From Oikopleura dioica (taxonomy: Eukaryota > Animalia > Chordata), in contig OU015567.1 in the NCBI GenBank assembly GCA_907165135.1, forward strand, positions 558,001 to 622,000: DNA of 64,000 bases, read 5' to 3'. A program made the position numbers and the translations under genes. The notes below the pieces were generated by a model. That model ran no database searches, was not told the DNA's origin, and saw nothing but the letters and a program-made list of their open reading frames with translations. Positions 48,456-59,742 of the stretch are shown in pieces. Within the stretch, counting starts at the first letter, position 1; each line of letters opens with the position of its first letter.

Positions 48456-49392
48456 ATGGCACAGAGAAATACCACCAAAATACTTTTATGGGGCACCGGA
48501 ACATTTTTCGCGTTGTCGGCCATTTGCACAGTTATAACCGTGCCAGTTATGCTTTCAAGAAATGAAAAAACAATCTCTTCTGTAGGATAAAATCTTAACT
48601 TCACAACTTCTTTAAATTTTTTTTGAGGAAACAACATTAACGACAAATCAGGATTCTTCTGCCTCATCGCCAACATCGACCCAGCCATCATCGTCAACGT
48701 CAAAAACAACTTCCTCAGCTTTGAAGACTTCGACGACATCAACAACTTTGACCTCAACAACAACCTGGACTTCTTCTGCAGCTTCGACGAAATCTCCTTC
48801 ATGGACAACTTCATCAACTTGGTTTTCAACGACAACTTGGACAACATCGACAACTTGGACGTCAACAACAACTACGACAACGAGTCAAACAACAAGTGGA
48901 TACCTCGACTTTGAGGACACAATTATCAGCGGATCAAAACATCGCATGTCCTTCAATTCAAATTCTGGTGCCGTCTTTGACATTGCCATGTCCTATGTCG
49001 GGCCGCAAAATCCCATAAGTCAGCTCAGCTACAATGTGGCAAGCTTGAAACAAACAACTGATAAAAGCGCCATATTCAAGTATTCCGGCGACGATGGGAC
49101 GAAAACTGGACTCTATCAATTCTGGAGCAATGGATTTTACTGGACACGGAATGGAACTGACTCGATAAACATTATTGGAAAGAGCGAGCAGTACCAAACA
49201 GACCTCAGTTTTTTCGATTTGAAATTCCAAGATCGAGATTTTCAGATCTTCGTTCCACCAGAATTCGAGAAAGTGCTGTATCCAATCGATGATGATGAGG
49301 GAGACTGTAAAGAAGACTGTTTTCCACTTAGAATCGGCGATCCAAGCTTGATTGATAAAGAACTGTACACATTCACCATGGACCCTGAATGA
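48456..49392 (+). CDS. Type II membrane protein with a Ser/Thr-rich (mucin-like) stalk and an unrecognised ~155-aa C-terminal domain; exons 48456-48581, 48628-49392
   Basis: MAQRNTTK, then hydrophobic ILLWGTGTFFALSAICTVITVPVML. One 46-nt GT-AG intron joins in frame to the S/T tract and the 223-aa ORF. Confidence 0.8.
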
Positions 49393-52300
49393 CTTTCAAT
49401 AAAGTAAAGTTGCACAACCTTTCACTTGCGGGTTTATTGAAAAGGTCAGACTGAAAAGGCGGGATGAAAGGGTGATGATATGGAGATACCCGAAGCCGGT
49501 AAGCTGCGACTCAGAATATCAGGCGGCGCCAATTAGGAGAGCTTAGAAGGGGATGAATCTATCATCTACCCGTCAACTCTGCCAAGGAGGGGCGGATTTA
49601 GGCCAGTCGCGCGCGCACATGTGTCATCTGATACCAACAAGCAAAATCTACTACTGACTAATAAAGATGTCAACCCGTTTCGTTCTGACAAAAATTTCTC
49701 GGAAATAAAAAAACCATAAAACTGGAAATTTTTTATTAAAAAATAATTTTCAGTTTCTTTGAAATAGGTGAAAAATAATTAAAACTTTTAATCTTCCATC
49801 GTAGATTTAAACCATCATTTATGCAAGAAATTATAATTTACCGCGAAAAGTCCAAAGAAAAAGAAGCGAAATTCTTGACAAATGGCCGGGAATCCCGTCC
49901 CGTGGTCGGCAGGAATTATTCGCGGAATTAAAATCTGGAATCCAGTCCGGCCTTCGACATTTTGTCTAGCGCTTCTAATCTTTTGTCCGCGAATTCTTGA
50001 GAGAATTTTATGAGAATTATGCCATAATCGTAATGCCAAAAGTACAGAACTTTGAACAGCGACTTTGATTTCAAATGACATTTTTTAAAAATCCCCGCCA
50101 CAGATGTTCAACTTCTTTTCCCAATATTTTCCACTGTCAAATTTCCGTCAGCTCCTTTCTTTGCCCAGCCCGCTTTTTCTGACACTTCCCTGCTTCCCTT
50201 GCCAATTCGCGGCGGCTTGAACATGGCAAATGCGGTAATTTAATTTGTAAGATTATTTAACAATTAAAGATTTTTCGCCTTTTCGAGGGAGAAAAGGAGG
50301 AAGCAAGGGATTATCGTCGGGTTGACCCGGATCCAGCTGAGGTCGGGTCAGGTTTCACGGGCATTAGCACCTGTGCGAAAAATTTTCAATGAAAAAAAAT
50401 CTCAATTTTGCCAAATTTGGAATTTCCAGCAGAAAATCTTTTACTTCCCTTCTCATAAAAAATGGTGATAAAGCTCCGAAATCCGCGCAAATTCGCAAAT
50501 TATCTCGAAAATCCCAGAAAAATTTTGATCGGCGAAAAAAAATTTTTTTTCTCAAAACTTTTCTGAAATTTCTTAAAAAAATTCTTTGAAAAAAGAATCT
50601 AAAATTTTACTAAAAATTTCTGAGAAAATTCAGTTTTGGCTAATCCTAATAAATGCAGTTGATAATTAGATAGCGGTTGTTTTGTAATTTGTCTCTGGCC
50701 TCTTGACTTTGCAGTACTTTTGCGATTGTGTGCGCTGGAAGCAGGAGAGGAGGCGAAGTGAGCCAAGAAACGCTGCCGGAAGTGAGCGGAAAACATAAAT
50801 GGCACAAACGAGCCATTAGAAACGAGCCGGATGCGTCTTCAATTGACGCTGGAATTTTTGACTTGCGTTTCTAAAACTTTGTACTTCTATACTAGAATAT
50901 ACTTTTTTGGAAAGAATAAGATGTAGGAATCAATTTGATTAAATCTGTTTGCATGAAATAAGGGTATCAACACTATCACTTTCGAAAAAATTAAAAGTCA
51001 TTGATAACTAGATTTTACAGAGAGACACCCTTATTTCTCTTTATGTAGAGAAGGAGCTAAAACCCTAACCCAAACCTTAATCTTCTTGTTTGAAATAAGG
51101 ATATCCCCACAATAATTTTCGAAAATTTGTTTATGTCATAAATCATAAGATTTCACGAAGCGACACCCTTATTTTTTGGATGTAGAAAAGAAGCCCGAAC
51201 CCTTACCCCTAGCCTCAACCCTAACCCTAACCCCGAACCCATAACAATTTGTTCCCGTCAATATAATTCATCAAATTGATTATCAAACTTCCTTTGTAGC
51301 TGACATGTCCAATAGTGGTACATTCACGCCCTTTCCTTTTACTAGTAAAACATCAACAACACCAACAAAAAGGCAGATTGGGGCCAACTACTGTCGCTCA
51401 AAAGAGTTGCCGATCCGCAAAATTATTTTTGACACAATGAGGCGTAAAAGCTAAAGCCCCGCTTGGAGAACAAAGGGTTGAAGGACTTTCAATCGAGTCG
51501 TCAATCAAATCGCTCGCGTTTTATTTTGAAAGTTGACCGACAAGTGTAAGTCGACCGGGAAGCGCATTGAACAGGGCTGGTTTTGGGTGGATTAAAAAGT
51601 GGAAATTAGAAGGAAAATGATGAATTTCGAATTTTGAATTTCGATAATCAGAAACAACGTCAAAAGTGGATCCCATCATTTTCCCCGTAAAAAGCTAAAT
51701 GATATCGAATTAAATCCGTTTGAGTTGATGATATTCGCGCCAGGTTCGAGCTGAGCTGATATGCTTGGCGATAAATAGTCGGCTCAAGTAGCCGCGTAAT
51801 TGCACTTAGAATACGCCCCAGTCGAAAGCTGCTTTTCGGAATAATCGGAAGCCTCTGGACGGACTTCAGCTGCGAGAGATTTAGCGTTCCGGATCACCTT
51901 AATTTCGACATAGATTATTTGGCGCTTTCCCCCTTTTTTGCTCAGAAATAAGTCATAGCATCAGATTCTGGATAAAATCGAAATTCGCATTAGCTAATAA
52001 AAACCGTACTCTGACATAAAATTACAACTGTCGCCGTTTTAGAAGTCCGTTTATAGGCATTTGGGATTAAGGATGTCTCGACCGCAAAATCTTGTGTTCC
52101 ACTTTGTGATGCACGGAAGCTGGCCTCTCGCGTAAGCAGATGGGCCAAATGTCACAATGTGGCAAAAAATGAAGACAGTTATCGATGCCAGTGTAACAGA
52201 TTCCAAATCGATTTAGAGCTCGAAAATATGGTCTCAAGACTATTTTAATTTTTAATTTGACAAATTAGTAAATTACCCAAAAAATTTTCGAAAAATCCGC

Positions 52301-53794
52301 TTTTTAATCCCTTTCTTAATCCTTGATGATTGGTCAGTGCCAAAATTTCCAACCCTGACCCAAACGAGGAAGCCTTAATCCCCCCTCGGCGGGAGGTGCC
52401 GAGCCCTATCAGCTGCGAAAATGTTTGGATTTTCACCTTGGCGATCAACGAAAAAAATCTATGGATTTGGGATAAGCCGATTTTAGTCAGCAGGTCGTGG
52501 TTTCCAGGAAGTGATTGGAAAGTGAGGAACTGCTGTGAAGGTTATTAGAGAGTTTGGAAGCGCAAGTCATATTATCTGAATATCGCAAGTCACTTTGATA
52601 AAATATTTTGCAGCTTGAGATTTTTCGAGAATTTCTAAGAGCGATCCTTGAACAAAAACTTAAATAAAAATATGTCTCCTGAATATTGTCTTGATAACAT
52701 GATCCAATTAACCATTTCATTGATGCACCGAGTACTTCCTTTTTCTCGATTTAACTGGAGCGATATAAAAACCCCCAATCAATAAAATTAACGCCGGAAC
52801 GCATATACGACCCATTTTTGGGTAATACGATTTTGCTCATCAAAAAACCCATATTATATTTGATATACCGTATATCATATACGCATATAATATGACCACG
52901 CTCAAGTTATATTTTTGTAGCTTAGAGTCCGGTTATAATATATAAACCCGGATTTTTATTCTCTTTATGCCCAAATCGCGAAAATATTGGGTTAAAAAAT
53001 GGTCAGAAATTGGCAAAAATGGTCATGCGTTCCGGGATTAAGCATTCATTTATGGTTTTTCCAAAAAATTGTAGAGAAAATCGGAAGTCTTGATCTTTAT
53101 GAACCATAATCTGATCGAACTTATTCCAAATATTCCTGATTCTTCAAATTTTTCAATAAAATAAAAAATGAAAAAACCCAATTTCTAAAGTAAAACCTTG
53201 TCTTATGGTTCCTCTTCACAGTAAGAGGATATCCTGTTTGTTTGGGAAAGATGCTGGCTTTAGAATCTGGCTCAATCGGAAGCTGCGACGAATATACCAA
53301 CAAACTATCAGAGAAAAAAAAACTTCAGGAAACTCGAGCCCCTTTACTACGTCAGTCAAAATATGCAAGGCAGAACTTGCGGAAATTTTCGCGGAACGAC
53401 GGACCTGAGCCAAAATACGCGCAAAGGTCGCTGCCCGGAAAGCTCCACCCCAGAATGACTCGGGCATAATATTTTAATTCAGGCGGCTTAAATTGAGTAA
53501 TTTGCGTAAAAATGAAAAGAGGCTGGAAAGAAGGGTGCTATTTTGAAAGGAAGAGAAAAGCTTGTGCAACGTTAAATAAAGACTTAACGCAAGTTTCACA
53601 GTTTGGATGAGCCCCTGACCCCAAATATCAACAATCTGCAGATAAGAACATTCGGTCTTCTGTTTACGTTTTCGAGAATTCTTTCTGGCGAAGATCGCCA
53701 AAACCTATTTTCGGTCGCCAAAGTGTTGAGATAAGCTTTTAGGTCAAGTAATTTCTAAGGAGAAATATTTATTCAGCGATTATTTGAGAAAAAG

Positions 53795-54887
53795 TCAGAA
53801 GATTTTCTTGATTTGAGAATCATTGAAATCTTGTCGGCATTTGGGACAAGTTTTTGGATTCAAGGAGTTCAAGCATTTGAAGCAAAATGAATGGAAGCAG
53901 GTGGCAATGCAGGCCTGTTGATGATCAGCACCATATTTTTCGAAGCACACTCCACAAGACAATCCATCATCTTTTTTCTGTTGAGTAGGACGGCCTTTAA
54001 TTGATATGATAATGTTTTAATGTGTTCATTTACATTCTTTTTTCACTTGTTCACATTTAGACGTGAGGTCTGCGATCTTCTGCTCTTTATTACTTTTGAT
54101 TCCGAGTAAATTTTTTTTTCGAAACCTCAAATTTTTCAATCTTGTCGATATTTCTTTGATTTCTTTTTGAATATTTTCTAGCTCGATTTTATTTTCTTCG
54201 AGACTTCGCTTTTCCTGGTTTAGCTCTTCCTCGGCTTTTTTAAACCCCTCAAGTCGCTTGATTTGGTTGTGTAACTTATGAATCTCGTCATCAATGCCAG
54301 AAGAGTTTGAGTTCGAAGATGAATTATTGCAAAAAGTAAAAAGATGTTGAAAAAAACCGTCGAATGACAGTTTCGCGTCACATTTTTCATGTGGACATCT
54401 AAAAATCACACCGGAAATTTTGCACTCCACCCTGTCAACAAAGGCCGAAATAGGAAGAGAAGATACGCAATTGTCACAATTTTTTTTCCTATTAAAAATG
54501 GTGATACGGCCTAATTCTTCGGCTTGGAGGCCGAAGGATTGATGCGTGTAAGAACACTGATTCTTCGGCATGAACCGAAGAATGAGTGATAAAAGATGCA
54601 CTGATTCTTCGGCTAAGGTGAATTTATTCACAGATTCCTGTGCCCCTAACCACGGGGCTCCGCCCCTTAGGTCCTAAAATGCCGGGGTCTAGTCTATGGT
54701 TACTTTTTTGAAAAATTTATGAGTACGATTGTCAATCTTCTGCAGTAGGATCTTGAAATTGGTTTAAAATTTTTACGAAGCATACTTCTGCTTACCCGCA
54801 CTCCTGGCATTGTGAACCGGCGCAAGTATTCTCAGGATGAACCCATTTTTTCGGGATAATTCCTTTTTCAATATCAATTTCTCCCAT
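53795..54887 (-). CDS. Zn-finger + coiled-coil + C-terminal C3HC4 RING protein (putative E3 ligase); exons 54887-54796, 54751-54704, 54488-54034, 53994-53795
   Basis: Last exon encodes CGVCFEKY...TCFHSFCFKCLNSLNPKTCPKCR. Before it lie a TRAF/SIAH-like CPHEKC..HLFTFC segment and a long E/K heptad region. N-terminal Cys clusters CAGSQCQECGSYC and CDNC. GT-AG junctions are phase-compatible. Confidence 0.88.
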
Positions 54888-55421
54888 TTTTTTGAGAATT
54901 GAATACATAAAAATATAACCGGCCGTTAATGTTAACATTTGCTCGCTTATTTGCAATTCTTTGAATCATATATGATTCACTTAATTTTCAGGTAACGACG
55001 AGCTGGAATTGTCGTAAAAAATTAAAGAAAAACAGCTAAAAAATGGAGTAGAAGTAAATATAAGAAATTCTTGAATTCATAAAGTGCATCCCAAGAACCA
55101 CATAATCTGTTTTGGGTTCAAAAGCCAGGTCGTGTATTGTAGCTGTAAGCGAGCGAAGACCAAGAAATTAGTATTGAGTAGCCTGGGAGTCATTCTGCCG
55201 TGAATGGGAAAGTACCTCCCTTATCCGAGCATTGATAAACAGCTTAGACAGAAATGAAGTGGCTATTCCTATTTTGGGGAGCGCGGATTAAACCCAAGAA
55301 TGGGCCAAGGGCCAACTTCCAGGGCAATGATGACTTTCCGAGAATCATGAGTTTTCATGATTATTTTTTCATAGTTGATAATAATAATTAATAAAAAATG
55401 GCTAGAAAAGGTCAGAATTGA

Positions 55422-55507
55422 GCTCAGAAACCTGTGTAAAAACCTGAGTCAGGCTCCTCTCAAAGCTTTTTTGGCCCTGAGTCAGGTTTTTACACAGGTT
55501 TCTGAGC
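55422..55507. mobile_element. Minimal 86-bp CCTGAGTCAGG-family MITE
   Basis: 32-bp TIR GCTCAGAAACCTGTGTAAAAACCTGA(G/C)TCAGG with a 22-bp spacer. Confidence 0.88.
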
Positions 55508-57223
55508 AGAAGGTCGGATTTGATTATGTAAAACAATGTTTTGAATGGAAAAATCATCCTTTGGTATAGAAAGTGTTGTACTCTTGTCGCCCGAAATTCC
55601 ATGGTAGATGCTTATCCACCTGTCGATTGCATTTTGCGTGGAACCCGCGCTGTTCTTTTATACAATCTCACGCGGTTACCTGATTGCATCAGCCGTTCTA
55701 ATCACCAAAAATAATATGACGCTCTATTTCCTCTTACAAAAATGCCGAGTTGTCCTTTTTTGAGCGACCCGAAATTCCAAAGTACCGTTTTTTCCCGATC
55801 GAATTTCCCAATCGCTTTTCACTTTTGTAAATTCGGCGAAGAAATTAAATAAAAAGAAGAAGTACGAATCAAAACCGCAAAAATCGTGCCCAGCACGGCG
55901 AAACTCTCATTAATTGACCTCATCCCCTTTTATCGGCGAAAATGCGAAGATAAATTCCTTATCGCTAGCTGCCAATTTTCTCTCTTTTTTTTCTCTTCGT
56001 AAAAAAATACGTGTGCTTTGCTCCTTATCAGATTCACCAATGATTTTCATGTATTTTAACCTTTTTTTTCCTCCTGAAACGAAGTTTCGGAAATAAAATC
56101 TTGCTGATGATTTTAAAACTCCGAATCGAATGTCTATCATGGTCCACTTGGATCGGCCACCTGTGGAGAAAACCTGACTCAGGGTCCTGAAGAAGCAATT
56201 ATGTGTCGTAGGACCCTGACTCAGGTTGTAAGGCAGGGAATCCAGGAGATGTTGGGTTGAAGATGACAAAATCGACAAAAATGACGACAAAGTTGCTCAA
56301 ATTTTTAAAACTGTCTTCATTTGAAATCTGATCGGCCCAGTAGCCAAGCGCGGAAGTCTGATTGGTCTAAAATTTGACAAATTTTTCTGTCAAATTGTTC
56401 GATTTTTCGTCCATTCATGCCACTGTCCGGCCAATTCTTGCTTTTTCGGGACCCTGAGTCAGGTTTTTAACACAGATTGCTTGGCCGAAATCTTTCATCA
56501 CGAATCAACATTGAATTTATCAGAAAGAGAATCTTCTAGAGTGCAGCGCCTGAACATCCAGGTCGGAAATGTAACCCTAGCCCTAATCCGGATTTTCGAA
56601 CTTCCGGATTAAGATGTCGCAATCAATGTGTCTGTTCACTCAGCTTACTATTTGTCGAGTTTGCTCAAGCCTGAAATATTGATCCCTGATTAACTGACTC
56701 TAAGAACACTACTGATAAGAAATCTCGAATCTAAGCACTCTTCAAGCATTTTGCTTCCGAAAGCGAAAGAAACGAATGCAACAGAACTGCTGGGAATTAA
56801 GAACACGTGGCAGCGAGGCGATAGAACTGTCGTCGCTGAGTAAGCTCGGGCGGATATGATATCCGGCTAAGCTAGGGTTTCTTTTAGAAAAGAAGAAATC
56901 CGCCGCCAGAATTATGCGATCATTTGCAATTTGAAATTGCCAATTTCGAATTTGGCTTTGTGAAGTTCAACAAAGTGGTTTTTTGTCTTGATTGGTTGGT
57001 TGGAGTTTTTACGAGATCTACAGTAGTCCAAAATTAATGAGGAAATTTGCTAAATCTATTTCCGCTTTTTTAAAAATTGACGCTTCTTTTTCTCAAAATG
57101 CTTTCTTTTTCAGACTTAACTTTCGATACAGTCGATGCAAGCGATGATCTCAAGAATTTTATCACGACCGGAGAAAAAATTTTTCGAGAGCGAGTCTGTC
57201 AAGAGTTTGATAATGAAGAGAAA

Positions 57224-57908
57224 ATGAGCGAAAAGTAAGTTGAGAAAAATTTTTCTTCCTCATTAATTTTCAAGAAATATTTCTTGTATGAAGAAAATCA
57301 ACGAAGCAATCCGCTTGAATCAATTCGACGATTTGTCGAATTTGGAAGAGGTTTGGGTTTTCGGCTACGGGTCGTTGATTTGGCGTCCCGTCTTTCGCTA
57401 CTCGGAGAAAATCGTTGGAAAAATCCGTGGGTTTCACCGACGGTTTTACCAATCGGACATGACGTACAGGGGCACGCCAGAATTTCCAGCTCGAGTTGCG
57501 ACGCTTCTGAAAGACCCCACTGCAGAAGCAGAGACATATGGCTGCGCGTTCAAATTGTCCGGAAAGAATGAAATTTCTGCGGGGATTAAATATCTCCATA
57601 CGCGAGAGGTGGAAAAAGCAGGCTACAGCGTGACCGTGGAGGAGTTCCACAGCTGCGAGTCGCCGCCGATTCCAGCGTTGGTCTACACCGCTACGACGGA
57701 AAACTACTACTTTACTGGAAAACAGTCCATGGAGGAATTATCTGACATTATTGCGAATGCTAGCGGATTGGCTGGGCCGAATACAGAATATCTCTTTCGA
57801 CTGGCTGAATGGCAGCGGGAGTTTTTACCGCTAGTTGAGGATGATCATCTTTACGAACTGACGCGAATGACGAAAGAGAAAATATCGAAAATCGAAAGCG
57901 AAAACTAA
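57224..57908 (+). CDS. CHAC1: Glutathione-specific gamma-glutamylcyclotransferase (ChaC family, CHAC1-like); exons 57224-57234, 57275-57908
   Basis: WVFGYGSLIW, RRFYQ....RGTPEFPARVATL, YLHTRE...GY, GPNTEYLFRLA. A 40-nt GTAAGT-AG intron links an upstream ATG in frame. That frame stays open back to the acceptor at ~57114, so the true start may be further upstream. Confidence 0.92.
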
Positions 57909-59647
57909 ATTTTTCCGCTCTGTTTTCTTATCAAAATGAATACAAACATGAAAAAGGGTTTAACGATGATGTCTACTAGACATTGTCTAGCAGTCAAAAA
58001 CTTGAAAAGCCGGACATCCGGTTTCGTCAACTTTCAAGCGAAAAGTCGTAAAATCAAACACCCAAATCGCGCCTTTCACTTCCGTTTCTACTAAGAAATT
58101 TTGAAGAATTTGAAAACTCAAAAGCTTTGATTCAAAATCAGAGGCGGCTCTGAGAATTTCCTTTCGGAAGAAATTTCGTTTTTGATTTCGTTTGAAGTGA
58201 CAGGCCGTGCTGGCACGTTCTTGGCCCCTCCCGTGAGAAGAAGTTAGTAGAAGAACAAACGGAGGGGAGAATGGAGCACCGTCTTCCTGGAGAATGGAAG
58301 CACTTGAGCTGGCTTTTTACGGGAGCTTCTGTTTTGAGGCGATTGAAACAACAATGATCTCGCTGAAATCGAGCCAGAATATGACAAATTTTTACAGTAA
58401 GATACGACTAATGATAATCGGGCCGCCCGACATTCGACGAGATTAACGACATTCGAAAGCAAAGTCCGGGCCCCGCAGAAGGAAAGTGTATGATCTGTTG
58501 TTAATTTATTGAGTCAATGGTTCTTCTTATCAATTTAAAATCTATACACTCCGATAAATTAGATGATTATGGTCTCACCTCGGTAAGTTATCTAGAAAAC
58601 CTGGCCAGGGTCCTTATTCCCCATTAATTAAATTAATTAATTTAATTTTCCGACTTCGATCTGTTTTTGAGTTGTTTTTTGTGCTATTTGTTGTGCAGAC
58701 TTCTCAGAAAACGAGTCGTGTTGCATTATTTCACAGCCGTTTACAAATAGATACATCATTTGTGAATGATGTTCGTTATTTGTCTACGCGCTAGAATCGC
58801 GTCTGATTCGCGCAGGTTCGTGCAGTATTGCGTGGTGCTACACGATTTTGCTAATCACCGCAAATGGAGGCGATTTGGGGTGCATTTTTTTTGTAAAACT
58901 CCGTCAGCAACATGTAAACGAACATTTTCGAAGCGTAAACGGAAACAAAAAAAACGAGAAAATCTGCTAAAAACTGCTCGTAAAAAACACTCAAATTTTC
59001 GATTTTTTAAACAGACTAAAACATCAAAGCAAATTGCCGCGCTTGAGGCGATAAGGTTTATCATCATTAGCTCCCCAAAAGACTCTTTCGCTCGTTGATG
59101 AAATTGATGACAAAATTTCTTAAGAAATCGGATTTTGGCATCAATTTTCAAAGAGGGCCCAAACTTGGCAAATTTCTAAAAATTGAACAAATTTTTGAAA
59201 AATAATACAAAAAAAAATTTTTAACAAAAAAGAGTGAAATGATTTTTTGGTAAAGTAAAAAGGATGAGTAATTTATCGTTTCAAGCGAACACATGCCATT
59301 GTCGAATTCCGTCATCAGGGCGAGTTATGAGACGACAGAAGCCAATTTTCGAATTCATGCGGTTGCTTTATTCGCGTTTTTTCACGCTGCTTATTTTGTT
59401 CATTATTTTTCTTGAAAAAAAGAGCTGCATTCAACATCATTAGTCATCGAAAATCGCCACTTGATGCCCTTCGTAAAAGCGGAGAATTACACTGGAGTTA
59501 TCATTTGTTACGACATCTGGTGTCGACTTAGTCTTCCGCCGAGTTTATCTCTGACAGCCGAGAGGTCACAGCATCAACACGAATCATTAGTAACCAAATC
59601 CGGTCTTTTCGCAATGCGAAACATCGGGTTTTACGATGTCTTTTCTA

Positions 59648-59742
59648 AAAACCTGTGTAAAAGCCTGAGTCAGGGTCCTGCTACGGTTTTTCCCAAAAAA
59701 AAAATCCTTCAAGATCCTGACTCAGATTTTTACACAGGTTTT
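59648..59742. mobile_element. CCTGAGTCAGG-family MITE, about 95 bp
   Basis: AAAAACCTGTGTAAAAGCCTGAGTCAGG ... CCTGACTCAGATTTTTACACAGGTTTTT. Confidence 0.82.

Noticed and set aside
48422-48871. 149-aa minus-strand ORF
   Set aside because: Antisense shadow of the Ser/Thr-rich repeat in the plus-strand gene.
52245-52500. Metallophosphoesterase suggested by PGNHD
   Set aside because: An isolated motif. No DxH, GDxxD or other family motifs occur in neighbouring frames.
57270-57650. Overlapping ORFs at 57270, 57284 and 57298
   Set aside because: Alternative-frame and antisense shadows of the CHAC coding sequence.
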